A stretch of 64,000 nucleotides of DNA from a virus (IMGVR_UViG_2513237163_000001:3708-67707), one strand, 5' to 3'; positions 28,057-38,054 are shown, counted from the first letter of the stretch. Notes: generated by a model from the sequence alone, not told the origin. Program-made: numbers and translations.

Positions 28057-29040
28057 TTATGCCGTGCAGGCGACCTCTCCCCGGCAGAGCCAAAGGTCCT
28101 GCAAGAGGATAGCCCCCTGCATAGTTTTCCAGGCCACGTGGCCACGTTGCGCCAGCGGATCCGAGTCCGACGGCTTGGCGTTGACGACCATCGGGGTGAT
28201 GGCGAACGCGCCCTTCAGCGCCACGATGCCGTAGGCGTTGGCGGCCAGGAACAGCACCGGGTACACGTCCGCGTTGGTCGTGTTGCCCGACAGCATCGTG
28301 CCCGGGGCGCCGCCAGCCGACAGCCACGGCTCGAATATGGTCGACGTCACGTAACGCACGTCTTCCACCTTGCCCAGCTCGTTCTCGTACGGCGTGATCG
28401 AGCCGTACTTCTCGGCCGGGGTGAAGCCCGCCAGACCGCGGATGTCCGATTCCAGATCGGGGTGGACCAGCGCGATGTAGGCCGGCGCCACGTTCTCCGT
28501 GCCGAAGCTCGGCGTCGAGCGCACGATCTTGGTGATCGGGCGGCCGTTCTGACGCTTCAGCGCGCGGGTGGCGCGACGCTGCAGGGTCAGCGAGATCGGG
28601 GTGTTCACCGCAGCGCGCGAGGCGCCATTCGCATATTGAACATTCGTGCCAGCCTTTAGCACGCCGAAGCGGACCTTCTCCACGATCTGAGCGGCCTGCT
28701 CGCCCAGCAGTTCGGTGGCTTCCGCCAGCACCGGATCTTCGTGCGTGTCCTGCACGATGTCGGTGATAGTCGTTTTATCGCCGTACTGCGAGAGCGTGAG
28801 CGATACGTCGGTCGAGTTGAGGGTCTGACCAGCGGGGGTCACGCCTTCGGTCAGCGCAACCGGCGTGGTCGGCAGCGCGTTGTAGCGACGGAAGACGATG
28901 GTCTTCGAGTGGTTCGCCGGCAGCGGCTTGGCCTGGCCGAACTTCTCGATGACCAGGAACGGGATGCCGCGCTTCAGCAGGTCTTTCGACGCATAGGCGG
29001 CGGTACGGGGCGAAATATCGCCGTAGGCAGTTTGTGCCAT
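28057..29040 (-). CDS. Major capsid protein, N4-gp56 family
   Basis: YGDISPRTAAY..FRRY..EGVTP..DPLAQRGHVAWK signature. Confidence 0.95.
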   Translation of the reverse strand: MAQTAYGDISPRTAAYASKDLLKRGIPFLVIEKFGQAKPLPANHSKTIVFRRYNALPTTPVALTEGVTPAGQTLNSTDVSLTLSQYGDKTTITDIVQDTHEDPVLAEATELLGEQAAQIVEKVRFGVLKAGTNVQYANGASRAAVNTPISLTLQRRATRALKRQNGRPITKIVRSTPSFGTENVAPAYIALVHPDLESDIRGLAGFTPAEKYGSITPYENELGKVEDVRYVTSTIFEPWLSAGGAPGTMLSGNTTNADVYPVLFLAANAYGIVALKGAFAITPMVVNAKPSDSDPLAQRGHVAWKTMQGAILLQDLWLCRGEVACTA

Positions 29041-29375
29041 GGTGGGTTTCCTTTCAGGAGATGAATCGAGGGGATGGACTTCGAGTCAGCATTCGCCGCG
29101 GCCGGGCGATGAATCCGCCGGCTCAGACGAGGCCGTGAAAGGAGCGCGCACCTTTCGTATGCAGTCCGTTCGCCATGTGCGGCGCCTTGCGGCGTATCGC
29201 GGCGTTGGCCTGCGCAATCGGTGTTGCTGGCTCCAGGTTCCGCCGTTGACGCTGGCGGGGAAGCGGTTGCCGGTGATTTGCTTGCCCTGCGCACCGGCAC
29301 GCAGGGGAGGCAGTCTGTGCTGCGGGACTGCCGCAGAAAGCGGGAGGGTTTAGCCGATTCTTACGGCCATGAGCA

Positions 29376-29666
29376 CTAGCAGATGAGCGTGCCAGGGGCT
29401 CCCGGGGCGACGCCGGTGCCGGGGTTGGGTGCCAGCAGGTAATGCGGAGTCCACTGCCGCGACGGCCATGCATCCGGCAGAGGCCTCGTCGCCGGCTCCG
29501 CGATTGCCGGCCCAATGACCGGCGGCGTTCGGACGGCTGGCGTCACCTTGTTGAAGACCGTCGCCAGATGCTCGCGGATGGACTTCCACTGCTCCGGCGT
29601 AGGCGGCGTGTCGCCGGTCAGCTCGGCGAAGCCTTGCAGCCAGTAGGCGAATTGCTCGAGCGTCAT
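29376..29666 (-). CDS. Conserved phage protein (96 aa)
   Basis: MTLEQFAYWLQGFAEL..PTPEQW..HL..VF.KVTP. Confidence 0.7.
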   Translation of the reverse strand: MTLEQFAYWLQGFAELTGDTPPTPEQWKSIREHLATVFNKVTPAVRTPPVIGPAIAEPATRPLPDAWPSRQWTPHYLLAPNPGTGVAPGAPGTLIC

Positions 29667-29669
29667 GGC

Positions 29670-29969
29670 TTACTCGACGGCCTTGCGCGCGACGTAGCCC
29701 ACGCCGGCAGTGATGCCCACCGATGTCAGTGGCACCACGTCCTGCGGCTCAGGCGTTTGCCAGGACACGTACCCGTTGACCGAGACCGACACGTCCTTGC
29801 TGTCGTCGTCGGCCAGCAGGCTCAGGGCCGCGTCGACATTGGCCAGCACGGCGGCGCGATCGCGCGCATGCACGGGCTGGTGCGCCACGACATCCGCATC
29901 GAACTTGGCGGCGATGGCGGCCTTGGCGGCTTCCTTGGTTTCGGCGACAACGCCAATCGAATAGCTCAT
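29670..29969 (-). CDS. Conserved phage protein (99 aa)
   Basis: MSYSIGVVAETKEAAK..QPVHARD; AAGGAG SD. Confidence 0.65.
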   Translation of the reverse strand: MSYSIGVVAETKEAAKAAIAAKFDADVVAHQPVHARDRAAVLANVDAALSLLADDDSKDVSVSVNGYVSWQTPEPQDVVPLTSVGITAGVGYVARKAVE

Positions 29970-29979
29970 GGTTCGCTCC

Positions 29980-30357
29980 TTATTCGGCGATGGCCTGCGT
30001 GGCTGAAGCTGCGGCTGCAGCGGCAGAAGCGGAAGCGGCCTCAGCGGAGGCTTGTGCGGAGCCCTCCAGGCTCGCGGACGTGGTGAGCACGTGCTCCGAC
30101 GGCTCAGTTTCCGGAAGCTCGGCCGGTTCGTCGGTCACTCCCTGCCCGACGGCAGCCAGCGAGAACGACTGCAGCGTCACCGGCTCGGGCGCAGTTTCCA
30201 GCGCGACCTCGGCGATATGCAGGTCGTTGCCCGCGTAGACGTGGAATTGGGCCGCCTGGCCCGGCTCGATGCGCTGCTCGCCGCCGGCTTCGCTGGTGAC
30301 CACGATGGCGTGGTCGGCGTGCGGATTGCCGTGGGAAATGGTGATTGTGGTGGTCAT
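29980..30357 (-). CDS. Hypothetical protein (125 aa)
   Basis: ORF with AAGG SD in capsid operon. Confidence 0.55.
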   Translation of the reverse strand: MTTTITISHGNPHADHAIVVTSEAGGEQRIEPGQAAQFHVYAGNDLHIAEVALETAPEPVTLQSFSLAAVGQGVTDEPAELPETEPSEHVLTTSASLEGSAQASAEAASASAAAAAASATQAIAE

Positions 30358-30374
30358 GTTGGGTTCCTTGAAGA

Positions 30375-31343
30375 TCAGGCCTCGTTGAAGGCCCTGAGGA
30401 AGTCGTCGTTGCCCGACGGGGCGACATCGGCCGGCAGGCGCAGGCCCGACGAGCGCACGCCCTCGGCATCGGCAGCGTCATCCCACGGGTCCGTTTCCTC
30501 CACGCCAGCGTTCTCGGTGGCGTTGTCGGGCTTCATGTCGGCCGGTGCGCGGGTGTCAGCCTGGGCGGCGCCGGCTTCGTTGGCCTTCTTGAAGCGGTCC
30601 AGCAGACCATTCACTTCGCGTGCGGTGCCGGTGGCTTCGATGCGCATGGCGTCAGCCTTGTCACCTTCCGGCAGACCATCGCGCCAGGCGCCGAACTCGG
30701 GCGACTGGTAGGTGTCGAAGAAGTCGCCGTGGCGGTCGAGGATTCGCTCGAAGTGATCGCGCACGGCGTTGTCCTTGATGCCGGCAACCAGGTCATCGAT
30801 GTTCTTGTTCACCGCGCCCACGGAATCACCCGCGGCGCGGCCGCCGAAGTGCATGGCGATCTTCTTGATCGACTCCACGAACTCGGGACCAAAGTCCTCG
30901 GTCATCTGCGCGATCGCGGTCTTCACGTCCTCGGGCTCGCCCTCGCCCTCGCCTTCGCCGGCTACGTCGATTTCGATGGTCGGCTGATCGCCACCTTCAC
31001 CGCCGGCAGGCTGCATGGCAGCTTCGCGGGCATCCAGTTCGGCCGCACGCTGCGCCAGTTCGGTTTCACGGGCCTTGAGGCGCCCTTCCCACGAGCGCTC
31101 GCGCTGGGCGTCGGCTTCGCTCTGCGCGTCAGCGGCAGGTGCGGCGTCGGCAGCCGGAGCAGCATCAGCAGCAGGCGCATCGACAGCGACTACAGCCGGA
31201 GCATCGCCGCTTGCGTTATCGCCATCACCGGCCGGCACTTCCTCGGGCGGCATGATGCCGAAAGCCTCGTCTTCCGACGGCGCCGCGGCGGGCGCCTGGT
31301 CTTCGTTGAACGCGGTGTTGAAGTCTTCGTCTTGCTTTGCCAT
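30375..31343 (-). CDS. Capsid scaffolding protein
   Basis: Acidic, coiled-coil (RSWEGRLKA), located between portal and major capsid protein. Confidence 0.7.
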   Translation of the reverse strand: MAKQDEDFNTAFNEDQAPAAAPSEDEAFGIMPPEEVPAGDGDNASGDAPAVVAVDAPAADAAPAADAAPAADAQSEADAQRERSWEGRLKARETELAQRAAELDAREAAMQPAGGEGGDQPTIEIDVAGEGEGEGEPEDVKTAIAQMTEDFGPEFVESIKKIAMHFGGRAAGDSVGAVNKNIDDLVAGIKDNAVRDHFERILDRHGDFFDTYQSPEFGAWRDGLPEGDKADAMRIEATGTAREVNGLLDRFKKANEAGAAQADTRAPADMKPDNATENAGVEETDPWDDAADAEGVRSSGLRLPADVAPSGNDDFLRAFNEA

Positions 31344-31369
31344 CTGGTTATCTCCGTCGGCTTTTCAAC

Positions 31370-31394
31370 AAAAAAGCCGGGGAGTGCCCGGCTT
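31370..31394 (-). terminator. Rho-independent terminator
   Basis: AAGCCGGG-CACTC-CCCGGCTTTTTT. Confidence 0.7.
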
Positions 31395-31426
31395 CAACTG
31401 TCCTGCTTGGCGCAGGGGTCAAACCT

Positions 31427-31663
31427 TCAAACCTTGGGGAACGGCGCTTCTTCCTGATCCGTCAGCACCCGGCGCAGGGCGCGCAGTTGGGCCGCGGCGC
31501 CTTGCGTGCGCGCCAGCTTCTCGGGCAGCACAATGCGCAGTTCGTCGTGGTAGACCGCATCCATGGCATCGAGCAGATTCAGCAGCGCCAGGGCGGCTTG
31601 CGAGCGGGCAAAGCCCTGCAGCTCGCGCGCGGCGTCCATGGCGACTTCACGGGGATCGGTCAT
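31427..31663 (-). CDS. Hypothetical protein (78 aa)
   Basis: ATGA-coupled to portal; small helical protein. Confidence 0.6.
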   Translation of the reverse strand: MTDPREVAMDAARELQGFARSQAALALLNLLDAMDAVYHDELRIVLPEKLARTQGAAAQLRALRRVLTDQEEAPFPKV

Positions 31664-33981
31664 TGCGGGGCCTGCTGCGGTTGCTGCGGCTGTTCAGGGG
31701 CGGGCTGCCCGGGCTGGGCCTGCGGCGTCGTGCCTTGCATCTGCGCGATGGTGGCCAGCGCTTCGTCGGTCTTCTGCTCGGCGTGCTGCAGGATCTCGTC
31801 GCCTGCTGCCGCTGCATGGGGGTTGGCCGTGGCGATCGCACCGGCTTCCAGCGCGCGGGCGGCGGTCTCGACCTCAACCTGCTGCGTCACGGCGCGGACG
31901 CGTGCGGATTCGGCCAGCATGTGCTGCGCCTGGCGCATCAGACGCTCGGCGTCGGCATTGAGCTTCGCGGCAGTCGCCTGAGCCTGCGCCAGTACTGCAG
32001 CGGCTTGTGCCTCGGCCAGCTTCTGCTGCATCTGCGCCGCTTCGTTGTTCTGCTCGCCCTCCACCTCTTCCTTGGTCTTGACCACACCAGTCAAGTCCAG
32101 GGCCTCGGCCTGTTGACGCAGGAGTTCGTCGCGCTTCACGAACGGTGCATCCATCGGGTTGCCGGTGGCGACACCGAAGGCTTGCAGTTGCTGCGCCCGC
32201 ACTTCCTTGGCCACCAGCGACGCGGCGCCGGTTGCCTTGATGTCGTAGTCGCCCTTGACTTCGTCGTCCTTGCTGAACTGCATGTTCCAGCGGTACAGCG
32301 CGGTGATGAACGGGACTGTCACGCCCTCGTCGTAGTTGCTGACCTGATCCTTGAAGACGATGGAGCTATTGCCCATCAGCATCGAGAGGCCCGAAGCGGT
32401 ACCGGCAGCACCGGCCGTCGGGTTGTCGCCAGTGACGTACTTCGGCACCGCCGTCGTCTCGTCGGCGTTGTTCTCGAACATGGTGGCGAGCTGGTTCAAC
32501 TCGGTGATGCTGTTCGGGATGGTGTAGACGCGCAGGGCCGGTGCCACTGCGTTCTCATTGGAGCGCGTCCAGACCTTGAACGGACGAATGTCACGCGGAT
32601 CCTGCCCGGGATTCAGCAGGCCGGTGTTCGCCTCGATCTGCGGGCCCGCCGTGATGGCCGCGTTGTCCAGCATCATGCGCACGCTCGCATTGAGCATGTC
32701 CTGGTCGTCACGCATGATCGTGGCGATACCCTCGCCAAAGATGCTGGTCTCGTCCTTGTCCAGGTAGTAGATGTGGTACGGCCACAGCACGCCGGCGATC
32801 GGCTGGATGCTCGCCTTGATGACGTCGCCCGTGGGCAGCAGCCAGATATTCGTGAAGAACGTCTCGATCAAGCGCTCGTCGGGCACTTCCACGCCGCATT
32901 CGCGCAGCGAGGCGCCATCGATCCAGCCCCAGCGCTCCAGCACGTCGTACTTGCCGGTGCGGTCGGCAATGGCGGAGGCTTCCCGATCGCCCATGGAGCG
33001 CAGTTCCACGTCGAAGGGCCGCGCCTCGGCGGCGCCATCCGGACGCGATTCGATGTACTCGCGGATCTTCTTCTTGTCGAACTTGCGGCGCCTGGACAGG
33101 TCCAGCAGTTCCGTGCGCGTCATCGGGTGCAGTTCGTAGACGTACCGGCACGACTCCAGTTCGGTCGAGCTCATGTCCGGGTAGAAGTGCCACAGTGGCA
33201 CGTAGTCCACGAACGGGGCGATGTACGTCTCGGTCTTCATCACCCAGCAATAGCTGACCTTGCCCGTCTTCTCGTCCTTCTTGGTTTCCCGCACAAAGCG
33301 CTGACGCACCTTGCGCTCAACCAGGGGCGCCTTCAGCACGCCCGTACCGTACAGGTTGCCGCTGTGGATGACCTTCTTGGCCTGCGCCTTGTAGCGCGCC
33401 TCGATCAGTTGGTCATCAATGAGGGCCGCCATCTTCGAGGAGGCCTTGGCGCACGATTGGCGCACCGCCTCGTCAAGCTGGTCCTCATTAGGGGGCTGGC
33501 CCATCGAAGCCTTGAGAAGTGCAGCGAACTCTTGTCGCTGCTCCGGCGCTACGGTCGGACTCGGGGTTGGCTCGATGGACCAGTTTCGTTGCGCGTTGGC
33601 CGGAAACAGCAGATCGGTGATGCGTGCATCGACCGTCTTGACCTTCACGCGAGTCTTGCGGACAAACGCCTTGGAGCGGTTCTTGTCCAGATTGGCGATG
33701 ACTTCGGGATCGTAGATCCCCTTGTACTGACGCAGGTCGCGCAGCCAGCGCTCTTCCGTGAGCTGGCGCTCGATCCTGGCCTGGTTGAACTCGGCCAGCA
33801 GCTTCGGGCCGATGGCCGCCAGTTGCTCGAACGAAGGCGTCGGCGCAGCGTCATCGAAAGCGCTCTCGGCTGCCTCGGCATAGGCCACTTGATCCTGGCT
33901 CGGTACCGGCGGATTATCACGAGGGTGCGCGGACACGGGCGCCGCAAGCGGCTCGTCGTCCAGCATCAGGTCTTCTTGCAT
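31660..33981 (-). CDS. Portal protein
   Basis: 773 aa after TerL; YGTGVLK, DNAAITAGP, GTASGLSMLM, DIKATGA motifs; C-terminal coiled-coil barrel. Confidence 0.9.
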   Translation of the reverse strand: MQEDLMLDDEPLAAPVSAHPRDNPPVPSQDQVAYAEAAESAFDDAAPTPSFEQLAAIGPKLLAEFNQARIERQLTEERWLRDLRQYKGIYDPEVIANLDKNRSKAFVRKTRVKVKTVDARITDLLFPANAQRNWSIEPTPSPTVAPEQRQEFAALLKASMGQPPNEDQLDEAVRQSCAKASSKMAALIDDQLIEARYKAQAKKVIHSGNLYGTGVLKAPLVERKVRQRFVRETKKDEKTGKVSYCWVMKTETYIAPFVDYVPLWHFYPDMSSTELESCRYVYELHPMTRTELLDLSRRRKFDKKKIREYIESRPDGAAEARPFDVELRSMGDREASAIADRTGKYDVLERWGWIDGASLRECGVEVPDERLIETFFTNIWLLPTGDVIKASIQPIAGVLWPYHIYYLDKDETSIFGEGIATIMRDDQDMLNASVRMMLDNAAITAGPQIEANTGLLNPGQDPRDIRPFKVWTRSNENAVAPALRVYTIPNSITELNQLATMFENNADETTAVPKYVTGDNPTAGAAGTASGLSMLMGNSSIVFKDQVSNYDEGVTVPFITALYRWNMQFSKDDEVKGDYDIKATGAASLVAKEVRAQQLQAFGVATGNPMDAPFVKRDELLRQQAEALDLTGVVKTKEEVEGEQNNEAAQMQQKLAEAQAAAVLAQAQATAAKLNADAERLMRQAQHMLAESARVRAVTQQVEVETAARALEAGAIATANPHAAAAGDEILQHAEQKTDEALATIAQMQGTTPQAQPGQPAPEQPQQPQQAPQ

Positions 33982-33991
33982 AGGCTAAGCC

Positions 33992-35515
33992 TCAGTATCC
34001 AGCGGTCGATGCCGCGGCGTGGCCGCTGCTGCCGCCCCATGCGTCATTGCCGGCGTTGCGGGGAATGACCGGACGGGCGAAGGTGAGTGCGAGCGCATCG
34101 GCAAGGTCAGGAGACCGGATGCCGCGCTTGCGCATGTCGTCTTTGCTCTCCACCAGCTTCAGGCCGTTGGAGTTGTGCTTCCAGCCCGGGGCGGACAGGT
34201 CGGACATCAGTTCCGACGAATTGGGCAGCCGGCAGGGAACGTCCTCCAGCCACTCTTTCATCGTCCACCACATCTCGGCGCGCAGATTCGCGTAGACGTC
34301 GGTGCGCGCCGGCTTCTCGGCGGAGTTGACGCCGATAACGGGAATGTTCAGTTCCTTCAGGCGGTCCACGATGCCGGAGCCGATGCCGATCTTGTCGACA
34401 AAGAGCGCGTCTGGCTCGCGGGACCGATAGAGATCAGCCAGCATGCCGGCGATTTCCATCGTGCCCTTCTTCTTGTGCGTCTCGATGCGCGTGACCATCC
34501 GGCCGCGGCGGAAACAGATGGCAGTGCGGTCGTCGCCGTACTCAGCCGGGTCGCAGCCAATGACCGTCACGGCGCGCGGACTCTCGATGAAGTCGGAGTT
34601 CACGGCACGCGCGACCATCGTCGGCGGAATCAGCGGGTTGGCCGTCGAGGACTGGAACGCGAGCGACGGCACCGCCGGGTATTCCTGATCGAACAGCCAG
34701 GCCATGCCTTCGCCGTAGGTCCGGATCTTGTTCCGGCGCCACTGCATCTGCTCCATGTCCAGCCCGTAGGCCGTCTGGTATTCCAGTTCGTCCTTGCTCA
34801 GCTCGAAATTGGCCTGCAGCGGCGCGCGGTATTCGTCCTGCCAGAACCAGGGCACGAAGATGGCCAGCCATTCGCCGTCGCCCTTTTCGGCGTCCTGCCA
34901 CATGGCATGAAACTGATTGCCGATGCCGTTGGCCGTCGACTCGAGGATGATCTCGGTCCCCGCGGCGTCCGCCACGGTGTTGCCGATACCCGCCAGGTGC
35001 ATCGCGGCGTTCTGCCAGAAGCCAAACTCAGAGCCGTGCAGCAACTGCGCCGTGTTCGAGCGCCCTACGTCCTGCGTGCCGGCCGTGGCCAGCTTGTAGC
35101 CAGAATCCAGCACATCGAACACCAGTTCCTTGGCGTTCGTCGCGCCCGTGCTCGGCGGCAACGGGTTGTGCTCGTGATAGCGCTTGACCATCCCGAACAG
35201 GTTGTCCGTCGCCTTCTGCTCGTGAGCGACGATGAAGGCCCGGCGCCCCTGCGCCATGCTGGTCTTCCAATAGAAGCGACCGGCAATGTAGGTCGAAGCG
35301 CCCTGCTGCCGCCCCTTGAGAATCAGCACACGGACCTTGCCGGTCTCGCGCAGTTGCTTCTCGATCAGTTCGTGGATGTACTGCTGCGCCCGGTTCAGCA
35401 CAAACGGGCGCTTGGTGCCAACCTTGTCGAGGATCTTGAGGCAGTGCGGCGCGTAGATGCGAAACTCGTCCCGCAGCTTCTTGATGAGCTGCGCCTCGGT
35501 GCTGAGGACCGCCAC
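33992..35515 (-). CDS. terL: Terminase large subunit
   Basis: ILKGRQQGAST Walker A, LHGSE, ILESTANG, GCDPA, SPDLADAL nuclease motifs. Confidence 0.95.
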   Translation of the reverse strand: MAVLSTEAQLIKKLRDEFRIYAPHCLKILDKVGTKRPFVLNRAQQYIHELIEKQLRETGKVRVLILKGRQQGASTYIAGRFYWKTSMAQGRRAFIVAHEQKATDNLFGMVKRYHEHNPLPPSTGATNAKELVFDVLDSGYKLATAGTQDVGRSNTAQLLHGSEFGFWQNAAMHLAGIGNTVADAAGTEIILESTANGIGNQFHAMWQDAEKGDGEWLAIFVPWFWQDEYRAPLQANFELSKDELEYQTAYGLDMEQMQWRRNKIRTYGEGMAWLFDQEYPAVPSLAFQSSTANPLIPPTMVARAVNSDFIESPRAVTVIGCDPAEYGDDRTAICFRRGRMVTRIETHKKKGTMEIAGMLADLYRSREPDALFVDKIGIGSGIVDRLKELNIPVIGVNSAEKPARTDVYANLRAEMWWTMKEWLEDVPCRLPNSSELMSDLSAPGWKHNSNGLKLVESKDDMRKRGIRSPDLADALALTFARPVIPRNAGNDAWGGSSGHAAASTAGY

Positions 35516-36148
35516 TTACTCGGACGCCTCGGAAAGGCTGACTTCGCGGAGGAGCTTTTCGAGCGGCGACTCTTCCTTGTCCTTCGCATCGATGCCAAAG
35601 GCTTCGCGCTCCAGCTTGATCAAGGTCGCCTGCGTCCGCGACATGCTCTCCAGCGAGGAAACGCGGCTCGGCAGGCTGATGGCGCGCTGCAACGCTTTCG
35701 CCGTGCCGACCTCATCACCGGCAGCCAACATCTCGGCGGCCCGCTCGTACTCTTCCTTGCTCTCGGTCAGCGCCTCAAGCTCGTCGGCGATGGTATTGGC
35801 GATGCGACGCAACCGGCCAATGTCCTTGCGGTGCTCGCGCTGGACAGCAACCTTGACCTCGGCGCCGCCCTGGACAATCTCCTCCTCCGAGGCGCGCTCG
35901 GTTGCCGACTTGCCACCCCGGGGGAGCCTGGCAACCTCCGTGGCAACAATATCTCTGGCAAGCAAATCTGCCGCGCGCTCGTTGGTTTTCTTGGCGAGGT
36001 CGCGCTGCCAGTGGTTGGCCTCCGCATACTTCTGGATTGCCGTGTGCGAGATGCCATGTTCCTTGGCAATCTGGCGCACAGACTTCACATTGGGGCGATA
36101 GTCCTTGTAGATCGCATCCCAGTCGATGTCACGCTTCGGCTTAGCCAC
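35516..36148 (-). CDS. terS: Terminase small subunit
   Basis: N-terminal HTH (DWDAI..SVRQIAKEHGISHTAIQK..W.RDL), ERxAFG C-terminus, directly upstream of TerL. Confidence 0.85.
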   Translation of the reverse strand: MAKPKRDIDWDAIYKDYRPNVKSVRQIAKEHGISHTAIQKYAEANHWQRDLAKKTNERAADLLARDIVATEVARLPRGGKSATERASEEEIVQGGAEVKVAVQREHRKDIGRLRRIANTIADELEALTESKEEYERAAEMLAAGDEVGTAKALQRAISLPSRVSSLESMSRTQATLIKLEREAFGIDAKDKEESPLEKLLREVSLSEASE

Positions 36149-36647
36149 GATCCGCCTTCTCGCGCTCAGCGATCAGTTGGGTGACCAGCAGCAGCTTGAA
36201 CAGCGTCTTGGTCTGCTTGATGTGCGGGAAGTACACGGGAAGCACATCCGCCGCACGACACGACATCTCGATCAACTGGTCATCCTGCTCATTGCCGGTA
36301 GACGAGAACATCAGCACCTTGCGCACCTTCTTGGGCGCACCGGTCGACATCCCCATCTGCGTGGCATAGCAGACAACCTGGCCGATGCCTGCCACCACAT
36401 CGCGCACGCCACACCCGCCATCCTTGGCTTCGACCACCGTGGCCGTACCGTCGTCATGGAACAGCGCCAAGTCGGCACGGCCGCGCGGCAAGGGAAACTC
36501 ACGTTCAGCAACAGAGAATTCCGGGATGCCCTCATCGACAAAGGCGCAGCCGCCGTCCGCGAAGATACGCATCTGGATCGTCGCCACGAGCGACTTCTCG
36601 CCGCGGCTCAGAAGGACGTTGCGGATATGGTCAAAGCCTGCAGCCAT
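36141..36647 (-). CDS. PD-(D/E)xK nuclease-like protein (168 aa)
   Basis: E..GRADL..VVEAK..GIGQ...Y motif; ATG 36647 with GAGG SD. Confidence 0.7.
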   Translation of the reverse strand: MAAGFDHIRNVLLSRGEKSLVATIQMRIFADGGCAFVDEGIPEFSVAEREFPLPRGRADLALFHDDGTATVVEAKDGGCGVRDVVAGIGQVVCYATQMGMSTGAPKKVRKVLMFSSTGNEQDDQLIEMSCRAADVLPVYFPHIKQTKTLFKLLLVTQLIAEREKADRG

Positions 36648-36655
36648 AGCTAACC

Positions 36656-36973
36656 TCAGTGCTTCACCACGAGCGCCAGCAGGCCGACGCCCACAAAGCC
36701 AATGGTGGCCAGAATGCCCATCACCATCCACTTGCGGGATTCGATCAGCCCGGGCATGTCGCGCTCAATCTTGGCGACGCGCTCAGCCAGCCTCTCGTTC
36801 TCTTCCTTGCGGCGCTCGATGGCCACGAAGGCGCGGTCAAGGCCCAGGCGGGTCTCGGCGTGGCGCTCCTCCAGGCGGACGAGCTGCTGCATGGAGTCGG
36901 CGATCTTCTCGACGGCACCCTCCACGGCGCGGATGCGCAACTCGTGCGCCTGCATTTGGGCCTCGTCGCTCAT
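36656..36973 (-). CDS. Coiled-coil protein with C-terminal TM (holin/antiholin-associated)
   Basis: Single C-terminal hydrophobic helix; in lysis cassette. Confidence 0.6.
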   Translation of the reverse strand: MSDEAQMQAHELRIRAVEGAVEKIADSMQQLVRLEERHAETRLGLDRAFVAIERRKEENERLAERVAKIERDMPGLIESRKWMVMGILATIGFVGVGLLALVVKH

Positions 36974-37509
36974 GCCTTCTCCCCTGCGCGCGCCAGCAGC
37001 TCGCTCTTGGCCTGCGAGCCGCGGGTGCTGCCGTACAGGTAGTGGAAGATGCCGGTAATGATGGTCGACACCAGCACGCCGAGGATCGTGTCCGCGATCC
37101 GCTGGCCGAAGCCCTCGGGCGGGAAGAACGTCACGGCGCTGAAGAACGCCATGGAGAACAGGCTCCAGGCGGTGGCGAAGTAGTAGACGAAGCGCTTGGA
37201 GAACAGGTCTTCCTGGCCCAGCGCGGCTACCTGCATGGCGCGGGCGTTGGCGACGTCGTCGAGATACGCCTTCTCCATGTCCGCCTGCTGGGCGCTCATG
37301 GTCTGCTGGAACTCAAGCACCTTGGCGGGATCGGCTTTGAGCGCGGCGAGCGCGGCGTCACCATCGGCGGTGCCCGTTACGGTCTGCGCGATGCCAACCA
37401 CGTGCGCGGCGACGTCTTCAGCCTTGTCGCTGCCCGTGAGCAGCTTGATGATGCCTGGCGCGAAGTTGGCCAGGGCCATGGCGAGCGGAATGAAGGGCAT
37501 GTCAGGCAT
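36970..37509 (-). CDS. Holin (3TM-holin-like family)
   Basis: N-terminal amphipathic helix plus two C-terminal TM helices ending YLYGSTRGS; adjacent to endolysin. Confidence 0.7.
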   Translation of the reverse strand: MPDMPFIPLAMALANFAPGIIKLLTGSDKAEDVAAHVVGIAQTVTGTADGDAALAALKADPAKVLEFQQTMSAQQADMEKAYLDDVANARAMQVAALGQEDLFSKRFVYYFATAWSLFSMAFFSAVTFFPPEGFGQRIADTILGVLVSTIITGIFHYLYGSTRGSQAKSELLARAGEKA

Positions 37510-37987
37510 CCACGGCGCAATAGCGCAGGTTCTGCGCGATCCGGCCCGCCCAACCCGAGGCGTTGGCGCCCCAGTTGGAGAGCCTGCGCATGAAGTCCAG
37601 GCGCTCGGCGTTCAGGCGGAACAGTTGATCCGTCTCGCTCATGCGCTTCGCCGCGGCGGCGGTGATCGGGCCCCAATGGCCGTCGTCGGCGACGCCCAGC
37701 GCCACCTGCAGCTTGCGCACCGCGGTCTCGATGCCGCTGTTCACGGCGAAGTCGAAGGTCTGGAAGGCGACAGACGGATAGAGCTGGTCGGCGTTGGTGC
37801 GCGACCAGAAATCCCGTTCGTAGATCCGCCTGGCGTCCTCGCGGGTCAGGGCCTTGATGTTCAGGCTGGGATAGGAGCGCTTCGAAATGCCCCAGTTGGT
37901 TTCGCCGCCCGGGTCATCCTTGGGATTCCGATTGGAGTAGCCACCCTCGGAGCCGAGCAAGCGATCGAATGCAGTGTTGAAGTCCAT
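37502..37987 (-). CDS. Endolysin, glycoside hydrolase family 108
   Basis: EGGYSN..DPGGETNWGIS; C-terminal PG-binding segment (DDGHWGPIT..GWAGR). Confidence 0.92.
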   Translation of the reverse strand: MDFNTAFDRLLGSEGGYSNRNPKDDPGGETNWGISKRSYPSLNIKALTREDARRIYERDFWSRTNADQLYPSVAFQTFDFAVNSGIETAVRKLQVALGVADDGHWGPITAAAAKRMSETDQLFRLNAERLDFMRRLSNWGANASGWAGRIAQNLRYCAVDA

Positions 37988-38054
37988 GGCGACTCCAGAC
38001 GAGCTCCGACGCGCCCGTGCGCACTGGGCGCCGGACGGCCGCATCGGAAGCTGG

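Noticed and set aside
29123-29515. 130-aa minus-strand ORF overlapping the capsid leader
   Set aside because: Overlaps a better gene in another frame, low-complexity Arg/Pro/Ala translation, no SD.
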